The translations under genes were made by a program, and so were the position numbers. This document shows, in pieces, positions 25,853 through 41,671 of a stretch of DNA of 64,000 bases (position 1 is the stretch's first letter; each line of letters starts with the position of its first letter). Under the pieces are notes generated by a model that did no database searches, was not told where the DNA came from, and worked only from the letters and a program-made list of their open reading frames with translations. The stretch is from Octopus sinensis (lineage: Eukaryota), in NCBI RefSeq assembly GCF_006345805.1, contig NW_021833079.1, forward strand, positions 1-64,000, in the 5' to 3' direction.

Positions 25853-27500
25853 CAGTCCGACCTCTAAATGGGGCACTAAGTGCCTCAAATCAGAGGTTTC
25901 CCCAAAAAAGAGGTTTTTCAAAAAGCTCAATAAATAAAGAAAAAAAACATTATTTTTTAAAATAATCAGTTAATTTTTCTCCATATTTATATTTATTTTT
26001 AATTCCTAATGACACTTTCTTTCTGAATTCATAAAAATCATGAAGAAAATCTGGAATCAAATCAAAGATGTTTGTCTCTAAGTTTTCCATCAAACTTAAA
26101 ATTTGTGATATTGATGGTTCGCAGCTTATATTCTCATAGATATTGGATCATTATCTTCTATTTCATCAAAACATTCATCAATAACATTATTAAATATTTC
26201 TTCAGATGATTCATTTATGCAACTCGAGTCTGATGGAGATTGTCGAAAAACCTTTTGCCAGCAGTTATAAATAATATCCGCAGATACATTATTCCAAGCA
26301 TCTGAGATTATTGTTACCACTTGCCGCAAATTTAATTTGTATAAAAAATCAATTAGACAATTCAAATAATTATCCTTGAAATTTTTAATGATTCCAGCAT
26401 CCAATGGTTGAAGTATTGGTGTCGTATTTTTTGGTAAAAATAAAAAATCAACGTTGCTAAATGTCGATATTTTGTGGCAAGCAGCGTTATCTAATAACAT
26501 TAAGATTTTTCTTTTTTGAATAATCATTTTTTCATTAATTTTTTTGAGCCAGGATATAAAAATGTCTCTTGTCATCCACGCATTTTTGGACGAAGAGTAT
26601 AAAATTCCATAAATTTCGGGAGAAAATTTTTTGAAACATCTAGGATTTCTATATTTTCCGATTATTAATGGTTCAAATTTTTCTCCAGTGTAACTACAGC
26701 ATAGATGAAGAGTAACTTTATCTTTACTCCTTTTAAAGCCCCGTGCCGAATCACCAGTTTTCACGAATGATTTACGTGGGGTAAGTTTGATAAAAAGAGA
26801 AGTTTCGTCACAATTAAAAATGTTCTCCTTTCCATATTGTTCAACTTTGATATTTAATTCTGATAAAAAATTCAAAATTATCGCATGATCAGCAGATGCG
26901 GATTCGCCTGACAATGTTCGGAATTTTAATTCATGCCTCTGCTTGAATTTTCTAACCATCCATTTGAAGCTTTAAACTTGTTTAAGCCCATTCTCGAAAA
27001 AACAGTTAGGGAAATTTTTTTTAAAAGAGTTCCAGAAACTGGAACATTCTGATCCCTTAGACGCTGAAAAATATCAAGGACTTTTTCATCAAATCCGTTT
27101 TTATTTTCACTTAATGATGAGGAAAGAAATCCTTTTTTGATAAATGGAAGAATATTCTTTTTTATACGAAAAATAGTTCCCTTGCTAGTATTGTACATTA
27201 TGGATAATCTCCTCTCAGAATGTTCTTTCTTTAAAAGATGATCAGCAATCTTCAACTTGGTTTCATAATTCAAAGGCATTACACAAGAAATTTAAAATGA
27301 AACGTGTCTTAAAATATTTATTTTTTAAATTGGTATAATTAATTTTATTTAATAAAAAATCAATGACCCAAATAGGAATGTTAAAATTAATTGATTTTTG
27401 ATAATTTGGTTAAAAAAATTTATAATGCCCCAAAACAGAGTTTTCCCCAAAAAAGAGGTGCCCCACCCCTGGAGGTGCGCCCCAATTAGAGGTCGGATTG
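25853..27500 (-). mobile_element. pogo/Tigger transposon, 1648 bp; transposase broken by a 1-nt deletion near 26950
   Basis: TIR cagtccgacctctaaatggggc / (rc) caatccgacctctaattggggc; TA on both flanks; CENP-B HTH plus FNCDET, LLDNAACH, QPLDAGII. Confidence 0.95.
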
Positions 27501-27594
27501 TATTGACAATCGAAAAATTAATGTGAAAATTATTAGAAAATAGAAAGATAACATCATTTTGTTAATTGAATGATGTCAGAAATACCAAAAATAA

Positions 27595-29281
27595 CTAAAA
27601 TTGCGCTTTCCAATTTTTGAAAGCGACAGATGCAGCAACTGCAGCTCCTTTTCCACTCCCGTCCGTAGATAAGCATGTTTTAAACTAAAATTAAATTGAT
27701 TTAAGTATCGAATATTTGTATATAAGAAAATATTTAGTTAAACTATTAATAACCTTTTTATTAGTTAATTGAGACAGTGCTAACTCCATAGTTTTTGAGA
27801 AATACTCATGAAAGCGGTAAAGCGATCCATCTACACCAATAATAACAAAATCAGAGTCCGCACGTTCAATAAGTACAGCAAGACCTTAATATTTCTTATA
27901 GACCACAACTTACCACAGGCAACCAATCTAGCCGCTCTCTCACTGACAACTTGACAAACAAATTTGAGTAGAGTCAGATACGGCAGACATGGGTCAGTGA
28001 CCCCAAACTCACAGAAAACCTTACGTGCGTTTGACATATCTTCATCAGGGTCACTTTTTTAATATCATTACGACAATACTTTACTATTTCTGAAACATAC
28101 TTGGTAATAAAAGACTGAGCCTCGTCTATTTTTGATGAAAAGTTACAGGAAATGCATCCCTCTTGTCTCAATTTGAGTAAAATCTGTCGGACCATCTCTC
28201 CCATATAGAAACCAGAAATCATTTTCTCGTATCTTTGTATTGAAATATAAAAAACACATTTGTTGTCCTCTATTTACTGAATTTGAGTCAATGAGCCTGT
28301 CAAACTCACTCAATACAAAATCTAATTCTCCATTTACTCCAAAAGCTCCCCATTCCGTGTTTATTATCATCTAATATATTGTTAATACTACCAATACCAT
28401 GTCGGTATTTTTAATTTCAGATCTATCAGCCATTTCAACGTTTTCTAGTTTTTCTATATATGAAGCATTAGTCCCCGTTCCTAGAAATTCCGAAAAAACA
28501 AAAACCAATGATAAGTCCGATTCTTGTTTCGGGATTTTCCAAGGCACATGCGAGTAATGTTCCCACTGTATCATTGACTACAGCAAAACATTTAACATTC
28601 AGATCCTAAAATATGTTTTAAAATTAGAAAACCCTTTTTTCGATAGAACAATGGAGTAGTTCGACCACATTCTGACCGACCACACCTTCGCAATTAAAAT
28701 CCTTGGTCCATCTTATTAAAACAGCGTTATTGAGTCCAGACTGTTTGCAAGGAAAAGAAAAAGTAAATCCCAACGGAATTGGAGAATTATTTGACTTTTT
28801 GCTGACGTCAATGCCATTAACAGTGAAGAAACTTTCCATACATGTTGCTATGTGGTCAAAAAGCTAAGAAAATGATAATATCTCAATTCTCACAGTGTCC
28901 GCAGTTCCATATCTGGCAGAATAAGGAATTTCAAAGACTTGGTTGAGCATTTTAACTTCTGTGCCGTTCAAATCTATTAACAAAACACGAAAGTTCGTCC
29001 CCCCTAAATCAAGAGCGACAAATTTTCCAAGTTCTACAAAATAGTGTTTTTTAAAAAAACCATTTGTAGGTAGATTTGTTACATATGATGGAAACATTTT
29101 TATTGAAGCAGTCATGTTTGTTTTTGATGAAAGTCCAGCTTCCATTGCCATTTCCATGCCATCTCGAACTTGAACGTATTGTTCATGAGTTAGGCATAGT
29201 GGTTTGACCACATCGTTTATCTGAATACTAACACACCCTTACTTTGGAAATGATTTCTTTTGAGAATAATTGAGCATCCAT
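27595..29281 (-). CDS. HK: Hexokinase (single domain); 10 introns (22-30 nt and one of 69 nt)
   Basis: [89 protein letters not shown]. Confidence 0.95.
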
Positions 29282-30849
29282 TATATTAAATTGAATTTAT
29301 TGAATTTATTTTAAATTCGGTTTACCAGAAAGTACAAAACTACTTTCAAAGTAATATGTTTTATATCAAATTACAATTAAAATATATTTAATTAATTTTA
29401 ATTTAATTTATATTATTTCATAGTTAATGATTTATTAAGTCAAGTAGAAGGTTCCATGCATCCAATATGCACCCGGATTGACGAGTGATACCGTCGCGGA
29501 ACCGGATGTCCTCATCGGCCGCACAACAAAAAGTGGGGGGGGGGCAAGATGGACTAGAAGAGACACATGACTTTATTTAGATTAGTTAGTTCCTTGGTTA
29601 CATGTTTTTTTTCTTCTTGATTTTTCTATAAAAAAATGTGTGGCCAGCCTGGGCGAAATGGACGATATGTCGTTTACATTCGCGGCAGGGCTATTTACGA
29701 TTTTTTACGAAGTAGCATTAAATTTGATTAATACTTGTTTGAGATAACTATACTTAAAATTGAATCGAGATGGTTTGTGAGCAGATATCTCTTCTGATAG
29801 TACGCTCTAACTCTTTCTTGATCACGTTAGCCTCTAAATTAAAGTTACTCATAAACTTTAATGAGACAATTCAAGAATAATTTTTACATTAAAGTAATTC
29901 TATCAAATTTATAAATTGATTGTTCAATTTGATCTTGTCAGAAAACGTCATATAGAATGATAAATTTATTAGACAAGTTTAGTCACCATAATAGTTCCTA
30001 GATATTGTTATCCTCTAAATAATGTGCACTTTTTTGGGTGTGAAACAGTTTTGCCAATCTGACTTTAATCTGATGTGGCAGATGATCAGTGATGCTTTGT
30101 GTGAACTAGGAAATTATGCATTATAAAGAATCTCAAGCATTTGACCTCAATAGATTTAAGATAAATATTTTGAGAGGAATCCAGTGACAGAAATAATATT
30201 GTTTCAGTCGATGTATATTTGGAAAAGGATATCTGAACACTCGGACGTACGATGCTCATGAAAAACTGGTTACATTTTACTTTGAACAAATCTTGATATT
30301 TTAATTTTTGATTAACTTCAAAGATACTTAACAAAAGATATTAAAATTAATTATTTTTGTAGTCTCGTCATGGGTCGTGTCCATAATTTCCTTTGACATA
30401 TTTTATCTATTAAATAAAAATTCTTGCTTTACCTCACCTCGATTATTTGATAAATGTTGATTATTCCAGATTGAAGATTCGAATTTATCCAGCCACAACT
30501 AAGGGTTTGTTCTACAGTATTTTAAAAAGTCAAACCTATCTCTAATGTGTTATGATAGGTTTCCATACAAGCAGAGGAAATACCTTATTTGATATTTGGA
30601 CCTGCTCAGACACATTCTCGTAAGAAAATTTCGATCCTGGGCACGCGTCAAGCCAAGCGGGGGATCGCAAAATTATTAAATACGGCCACATTTCAAACTC
30701 GTTGTTTTCTACTCCAACCGTTTAAAATCCTCCAGGATCTTCCGCCTCAAGACGCTTCGCTTTTTTCGCTCGGTCGACGGATTTCAAGGATAAGACACGA
30801 CTCAAGGGAGTCATCTTGGCTCTTGGAACGTCTGTCGATCGATTTTTAA

Positions 30850-32045
30850 CGAGTATCCAAACACTTACCAACTTCCCAAACCCAGCATGGTTTTAAACCA
30901 TTGCACCCAAAAACTACTAATTTAAAAACACTTTCCCAATTCGTCCTGAACGTCTTCAATGAAAAGAGACCGCTAAAACGAACAGTCCTATTTTTTGTCG
31001 ACATCTCTAAGGCCTTTGACAGCGTCTCTAAATGTAGTCTCAGCAACAAAATTGACATGACCGACCTAAGCTTAAACTACAAATCCTGTCTTGGAAACTT
31101 CTTATAGGGCTTGAGTTACGTCTCCCTCACAGACCATTTTTCTAAGCAACTTTTTTCCAAGCGAGGTATCTCGAGGTTCCGTGCTGTCTTCAACCATGTT
31201 CAACCTTTATTTGCACGACTTTCCAGCCAAAGACCCAAAAAACTTCTTACGCAGACATTATTATTGACTCAAATGCGAAAACTACAAAGCCGTTTCCTTC
31301 AACATTCAGCAAACACTATACCTCGGTGAGAATTGGCTTATCGAAAAAAGGCTCGAAGCTTTATTCTCCCTTGGTCACCCTATTATCTTTGGGCAGAAAC
31401 AATCAAACACACATCCCAAGCTATCTCTCTTTGATTCTGACCCTCCGCTATCCAAGCACCCCACTGTTCTCGGATTTACCTTCGATCCAACCATGTTCTT
31501 CAACAAACATTTTTCAAACATCTCGGACAAGGCAAACAGGCATATAAACATTTTAAAAACGATAAGTGGTCGCATCACTGGTGCCCAGAACCACTCCTCA
31601 AATGAGTTTACAAATGATACCTCCCCCCAGTTCTATGTTACGCAAGTCTCAGCTGAGCTCCTTGTCTATCTACAAGGTCCACTGTAGGACTTCAATCAGT
31701 AAAAAACAAGACAATACGCATTAGATCAACACCCATCACCTGTACTGTGAAACCAATTTTCTCCTGATAGAAAAACATCTTAATATGAAAAGAACACAAA
31801 TCCTATTTACTTGCATAAATCCTACCATTTTTGCACTGGTCTAAAATGCTATCTCTCCTTTATGTAACCTCTGCTGTGTTGACGACCACTCAGCCAATCA
31901 CCTTTTCCGCTGTCCCGATCATCTTCCTATCCGTAAAAAATTTTTGTTCACTCCCAGAAATCCTTTGGGAGCAACCTGTGAAAACGTTGTTGTTTCTGCT
32001 AGCCGCTGGTCTCAGACCCTGACCGCGGTTATGCAACAACAAACT
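30850..32045 (+). mobile_element. Degenerate Jockey/I-like LINE 3' half ending in (caa)n
   Basis: FVDISKAFDSV, LGFTFDPTMFFNKH...ANRHINILK; 3' end ...gaccgcggttatgcaacaacaaac. Confidence 0.75.
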
Positions 32046-32099
32046 AGTCTAAAATGCTGAAAATTCCTCTATAACTCTAAGTTAACCAACATTCAAAAA

Positions 32100-34200
32100 A
32101 ATAACTTTTTTTAATTCATTAAGTACATGGTTGCGCTTGTGCCGGGCTTTACTTCAGGTTATTCTTTCTATCATTTTCTTAACTAACTGCCTCCAAGAAC
32201 CACGGTTCTTTGCGGTTTCTCTAAAGATATCCAGATCATCTCTATTTTTTAACTTTCGTCTTAAATTGGTCAGGTCCTTGTGTAGGACCTCTGGCAAAGT
32301 CAAACGAGGTCTTCTACGGAAAGAGTTGTTCACTTCTAGGCAGAAATAGTTCCCCGTTGCTATGTTGGCAAGTGTCATTCGCTCTTCCGAGGGATGAGAC
32401 GAAATAGACTCCATCTTGATTCAATTGTATCCAGGCTCAATGGTCTTGCATTACATATTTTTATAAATTCTAATTTGTTATTTTCTTTGGGTAGTTGATG
32501 CCAGGCAACAATCGGAGTTGTTTACGATGGAAGAAATCTAGTTTTTCCATTAAAGTTTGCGAGACTCCCTAGGTTTTGCAGCATTGTACATTAGGAGCGG
32601 TTTTACGAAGGCATTGTATAGTCTTACACACAAATGTGTGCTGATTTGTTTACGATAAATCCAGAGTGCTCCCATTCTTCTAAAGGCCGCGACGGTCAAC
32701 ATTTTTTTGTTAGTGATATCTTCAGGATTTCCAATCAGGGACCAAAATTTTGTTTACGTATCTTTATTTTTCATCAGTTCGTGTTAATTCGTGACGTATG
32801 ATTGTTGTTTCACTCTTCTCAGCATTAATTTTGATGAACCATTTTTCTAGCTTTCTGGCATTCTTGTCCATATGTAGTTTAATGTTTTTTCGTCTCGGAA
32901 TATATTTTACCATCTGCATAAATCATTTCAGTTTGAGCTAAGCTAAAGTCTTTGAGTGCCGTCTCCAGATATGTCACAAAAGGTACCGGTGACAGGGAAT
33001 CCCACTGCGGTACCCCAAAAGTTGTCTTGAATGGGACAGATTTTACATTACCAAGACGTCAACAACGTAGTTCCGAGTAATATAAGGATCATTCTGACAC
33101 TGTCCTCGTCAACCAAATTCTCTAAGATATTGGAGAAGTGGTACATCTGAATCCGTCCTTGATGACTTGATTATCTTAATCTCTTCATTGCGCGCTATTG
33201 GTCTTGAAGTCAATTATCATAAATCTGAAATTATAAACATCAATTACGACAAACCATTTTTCCGATATTCTTCGTTCCTTCAACTCGCTTCTATCCAGAA
33301 TCCAAGTCATCATGCCATCGAATCTCAAGGAAACAATATGTGATGTCCCTTTTGATGACCTTGGCTGGAAGCAAGCAATCCTTCCGGTTAGAGTTCTCTT
33401 CGGCTGTCAAATGCTGGTCCGCTAATTCCTTCGAAGTACCTAATGATTTAGGACGCAAACAGCGATAATAGGACGTAAGTTTTTGCTCCTCAAGTGTAAA
33501 TTTGATCAACCAGGCTTATCTGCTTGCGGGATCTCAAAAGTATTCAGGAGCCTGGCTGATAGCTATCCCAATGGCGTCAGTCGGGACATTACTGGATTAA
33601 AAATGCCTCCGCATCGCAGTTTCTCTGGGCCTAGGATTAAACATCTGCCGTGAGCATCAATGCCGCTCCGGTCAGACGAATGACACCCTAGGATTATCTT
33701 GCCGTTATAGCGCTGGGTGTTTCCCTCGCCACTTTGAGCTTAATGATGTGGTGAGCCGCTCCATGGCATCTGCGTGTATTCCCTAATGTGCTGGAACCAG
33801 TCGAGTTGGATCGCAAAGATGGAAAGCGCCCAGATGGCATGACAACATTCTCATTCGATCACGGAACATGTCTCATTTGGAACACGACATGCTCCAACAC
33901 ATTCTCGGCATATAATCTAATCTCGCCAGTAGCTGTCTCGGCTCGGCGGCAAGACACGTAAATCTCGCATAAAAAGAAATTTTTGTCCCGGGAAAAAACC
34001 ACATATTTTCACCAATAGCCGTTGAAACATCAAGAGTCATCGGCCCAGAATCGCTCTCTTTCTATGTCGATTGGGGACGAAGATTATAGGGGAAAAATCT
34101 AAACCAGACTCATAATCTTTTCCAAAAAGTCTCCTTTCCGATCGCCTGGGGAACTATCAGGCCACCTTATGCGCCGGCAATTTTTAATTAAAAAATTGAG
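32100..34200 (-). mobile_element. Degenerate RTE-clade retrotransposon
   Basis: DSLSPVPFVTYLE...IYAD RT core near 32900-33010; RLYNAFVKPLLMYN and RWSLFRHI C-terminal motifs; many stops and frameshifts. Confidence 0.7.
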
Positions 34201-34485
34201 AATGTAGAATTGAATAAATAACGGTTTCTCCTCATGAATAGACATAATTTAATTCTATTCTTTTAAAATAAAAGTAAGCCAATTCATGAAGTTAAGTCAT
34301 AACGTGATACTTCTAATCCAACCAAGACCAAGAACAGCCGAAACACTTTTTTAAAATCAAGGCTGAACCACACGTGCTAACAATTACCACAATGTTTTAA
34401 CACGACGAAACTCTTTAAAAACTCATTTTTTCAGATAAAAATAATAAAACACTATCATTGCTGATAGAAATACATTTTGGCACAA

Positions 34486-37331
<2,846 letters not shown>

Positions 37332-37858
37332 TTTATATAAACTAAATTGATTAATAAAAATTAAAATTAAAAATAGCAATTAAATTTTAGATATAATTCT
37401 ATGTACAAAAATTAGTTGCGAATGTAATAAAAAAGCCGATATTAATAACTAAATAAACAATGTAGTCTGAAACAAAGAAGCGCACAACAAAAATTATCAG
37501 CTTGAGAATACGCAATTTATTTATGAGATTATTATTAAAAACAATTTAATTAAAAACTAACAATTAAATCTCTTATAAATTATTTTGTATATTTTAATAT
37601 TAAAAATTAAAGAAATTTCGATTTAATTAAACAAACGGCTAATGATTACAGTGCGACCTCGTATTGGGGAAATTTTTCCCCAATTTTGAGGTTTTCCCCC
37701 AAAAAAAGGTTTTCATTAAATTTAGGTCTCGCCTGTTCGATATCTCTCTTAATAATATAACCGAGACGGATAACTACAATTTTTATTTTTTAATAAAAAA
37801 ATCAGTTAATTTAATCGAGTGTTTTGTTTTTTTTCACATCGAACTCATAATATTTGCT

Positions 37859-39093
37859 GGTACATATGTAGTAGTTGGCGGCCACTTTTTAGCGAATTTA
37901 AAAAAACTATATTTTTTTTGGTGAATAATTACCTTTTTAAATAATATTACTATAAAAAAATTAATTATTTTTATACAAAATTATTAATTATTTTTATTTT
38001 AGTTTTGATTCTGGGGGACAATGTAAGGCAATGCACTCCATGATTGTTTCAAATTCTTTCTTTTTGGCTGTCTGTCGCCAAATGAACTCCGTAAAATAAC
38101 TATTAAGGTGTTGTCTGACTGTTCCCCTTTGTTTTCTATTACGCCATTTGGCGCTACTCCACATTCTAAGGAATAATTATATAATTAGGAAACCTTTCAA
38201 TATGTTGGGTGTGTGCACCCGTAGTTGGATCAACAAAACAATATCTGTGATTCACTTGCAGGTGCTGATATCCTGCATCCTGAAGATCTTTTGTTGAATA
38301 ACCCTTCCAGCAGTCTGATATGAGAATGGTGCCTTCTTCTACATTCTCAAGAATAGCCTTCGTAAGGGTCTTCATTGTTCTGTCAGGTATTGCTTCTAAG
38401 AAGCATGGTTCGTTTCTCTGCAGATTCCGCCGAAAACCCATTGCTCAGGCAACATTCTGCCTCTGTTGTATTTCCTTTTTGAAAAATGACTTTCGTCAAT
38501 TTCCACAATCATTCCTTCACCGCCTATTATATTATAAATTTACGCACACCTATTTTGGATCTCTGACGAGATGTCAATGATAGCATGCAAATTTCACGCA
38601 TGTAGATTGACCAGTCCACGGTTGTATGTGAAGCCCAACCAAGATTTTCCATGCATATCTCCATAGAAGATATATTTTTTGCCCACAGGTAGACAAACCG
38701 GATTATCTTCGAATGGTACTTTGGTTCCTGCTAACCACGTTCCTGTTGAGTTTTAATGATATAAATACCAGTTTTTAGACTCGATTTACTTCGACAGCCC
38801 CTTCTGTAGCAATTCCAAGCCGGAGAGCTGCCAATGTTTAAAGTCATTTGGTGTCCGTTGCGACACACTTTTTTTTTGGGATGATTCCTCTGGATTGCAT
38901 GAAATTGATAGCTTCTGACATATTTGTGGGTAGATTGAATAGATTGACCTCACTTCTCATTTAAATTAAAGTAGCGTGGGATTTTATTATTTTTATATTG
39001 TATTATTTTTAATTATATATTTTTTTTAACTAAAAAAAATATAGTTTTTTTAAAATTCGCTAAAAAGTGGCCGCCAACTACTACATATGTACC
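37859..39093 (-). mobile_element. Full-length Merlin transposon (1235 bp); transposase 38960-37994 with three microintrons and two 1-nt frameshifts
   Basis: 41-bp perfect TIR ggtacatatgtagtagttggcggccactttttagcgaattt (about 60 bp with one indel); perfect 8-bp TSD tatttgct; [34 protein letters not shown]. Confidence 0.95.
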
Positions 39094-40056
39094 TATTTGC
39101 TTTGAATCTGAATAGATCAAGTACATTTTCCGGAGTCTCTTGCTTAATAACATTTAGCAGCATTGTGAATGCGCATTCCGCATTGTTTATAACTTGTTGA
39201 TCATCCAAATGTTCCATAAATGTTCGCTGCAGTCCTCTTCATCACTACTGTTATCATCCTAGAAACTCTCCAAAATCGTATTTTCCACAATATCGGAATT
39301 AATCAGACTTTCTTCGATGTCCTCTTTTTCCCGACAGTCATATTCCAAAGCTTTTTCAAAGCAATGTTGTATTGAAGTGTCTGTAATCTCGTCCCATGCC
39401 AATTTCGAACATGAAATAGCATCCAATATTGTGATTCCCTTTATTGCTTCATCTATTTGCCCTGCAGGATTTTTTATCATAGATAATTGTTTTCATAATC
39501 CAGTTATTAAAATGATTCTTAAATGCCTTTATTATCCCTTGGTCACATGGCTGAATTAAGGAACTTGTATTTTTGGAAAAAATATTACGTCGACGTTTGA
39601 AAGTTGAGAGAAACAGCATGACAAGTTGCATTGTCAATAACAATGCTATTTTCCTTCTTTTCTCTCTCATTTCCTCGTTAAATCGAGATAACCAATTTTC
39701 AAAAATATTTTTTGTCATCCAGGCTTTGCACGAAGCATCATATTCAATGCCAATTTCTCTCAGATTCACACCTTTTATACTCTTGGTGACTTCGTACGCC
39801 CATTATAAGCGGTTTATATTTTTCTCCTGTGTAACTGCAACACAAAAGAAGTGTCATACGTTCTTTTCTTATTTTATGTCCGCTGTGTGACTCATTTTTT
39901 TCAACAAAACTCCTTTTGGAAACAGCTTTATAAAATAATGCAGTTTATCACAGTTGAAAATGTTTTCTCCCCCATAGTTTTCAAGCAAATCATTGAAAGT
40001 TGATTGGAAGTTTTCCGCACCTTCTTTATCAGCTGATCGTGATTCGCCATGTAATA

Positions 40057-40658
40057 TGTCGCGAGCGCAGCGAGCACGCGAGCGCGACGCGCACATTGAC
40101 AGCTAACAAGCCTGTTCATCAACAAATATATTTATTAAATTATTTAAAATTTTAACATGATTTAAAATTAAAATTGAAATAACTTAAGTTTCCATTGAAT
40201 CCCATAAAATAATTATAAGTAGACCTTAATAGAAAAAGTAAAATCAATGAATACTGAACGCTAATTTTGTTTAGGTTGTGAGGGGGGTAATAATTTGACA
40301 AATCTCATTGCTATTTTTTCGTTTTAATCTCTAAAATTAGGTCTTCTAATCAAAAATGAACTGTGCAGACAGGCTTGCTCCTTCAGAAGATTCTTGTTTT
40401 GACATTTTTATAAATTATGAAGCATTTAGATTTTTCTCATTATTCTAAAATCAATTATAAATTTAAAATATTTTTTTATTTATGAAATCGGTTTTAAAGC
40501 TCATTCTGCTTTGGCATCGATTTTAATTTTTGTTATCGAATATATTTAATCCCAAATACAAGCCTGGGTATTTGTCAATTTATAGATTTTTGTGATTGAT
40601 CGGATCTAGAAATTGAGTGGTTGCTCGCTGCGCTCGCGTGCTCGCTGCGCTCGCGACA
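40057..40658. mobile_element. 602-bp non-autonomous TIR element (MITE) with TGT...ACA ends
   Basis: 29-bp perfect TIR tgtcgcgagcgcagcgagcacgcgagcgc; taata duplicated on both sides; removing it restores pogo codons IKFRI|LHGES. Confidence 0.9.
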
Positions 40659-41479
40659 TAATATTCTGAATTTTATTTCGAATTGTTTCTTAAATCTGTA
40701 AAGCCATCCATAGAAGCAGTGAAATCATGATTTGAATTTCTATACGCAATTTTACGTGCAATAAGCTTTAAGGTTGGCCCATTAATTGGAAAACCTTTCG
40801 ACCTGAGATTACGAAAAATCTCGTAAACTTGGGCATTCAATTCGTATCCAATTGTCCCTTCGAATGTTGAGAAACCTTGAGCTAAGATTCCTTCCCTTTT
40901 CTTTTTTAGTCGGTATAGCATTCCTTTAGAGATGTTAAATTCTTCACAAATCATTTTGTCCTTATGACTGTATATCCTTGCAAATTCTGATCTTTTCACT
41001 TTGATTTAGTTTTCTAGGTATTGGCTTTCTAAAATTTATAAAATAACTTTAAAAATTGATAATTTCAGTTTTTTACCAGGTTAATTAGCTAACTAACTAA
41101 GTTACCAGGTTAAATAAATTTTAAAATTATTGATTACAAATTTGGAAAAACAGGTTACAATAAATAAATAATAATAAATCAAAAATTATACAAATATATT
41201 AATGAATCGTTTATGATAATATAAAATTTTTCCCCGGTAGGGGGTTTATTTCATTAAAAATCATCGTATTTTATAGGGATGGCAAAAATATTTCCCCAAA
41301 ACCAAGGTTTTCCCCAAAAAAGAGGGTTTCCCCGCTACTTGGTTTTCCCCAATTCGAAGTCGCACTGTATAACATAAAAAATAAAATTACCTTTAATAAG
41401 AAAAAAACCACTGGTAAAATTAATTAAAAATAACATCTCCCGGCGAAAGGATCTCCTTATTGTTGATTTTTGAATCCTC

Positions 41480-41645
41480 AGCTCTGGATAAGGCTAGACA
41501 AGGGTCGCCACATACAAAACTATGAGACTGGCATATTTCCAAACCAAGCCTCAGATAGACTCCGATACTTAGAGACTAGTTGTCTAGCAGAAGTCGGGTG
41601 GAGGACAAAGCCTTGCCTTGAAGACTCTCCAAAACCTTTTCACAC
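41480..41645 (-). mobile_element. CRE-like fragment (zinc-knuckle region)
   Basis: LLLDN*SLSIGVYLRLGLEICQSHSFVCG resembles VLDRDSLRLGICNRLELPVCRPHPCRCG at 59200-59280. Confidence 0.55.
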
Positions 41646-41671
41646 TTTACAAGGTCCTGGTTCCTCTAAAC

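Larger units (their letters stand above)
37649..41367 (-). mobile_element. pogo/Tigger transposon (second family) hosting two nested insertions; transposase pseudogenised
   Basis: TIR cagtgcgacctcgtattggggaaa / (rc) cagtgcgacttcgaattggggaaa, TA flanks; FPINGPTLK, LHGESRSAD, IFNCD, SSLIQPCDQGIIKAFK. Confidence 0.92.

Noticed and set aside
26926-26959. Programmed frameshift between the two pogo ORFs
   Set aside because: A single A missing from gaaaaattc explains it (WLEKFKQRH); simple decay or a homopolymer error is more parsimonious.
29450-29503. tRNA-Gln-like ends (GGTTCCATG...GGAACC) and a hammerhead-like TTGACGA...GGAA
   Set aside because: Only 54 nt with no anticodon arm or T-loop; GAAA and stem I of a hammerhead are missing.
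34080-34190. HDV-like ribozyme at the RTE 5' end (also considered for 19335-19415)
   Set aside because: The nested double pseudoknot could not be completed: no catalytic C in J4/2 or no P2 here, and no room for P3/P1 at 19335-19415.
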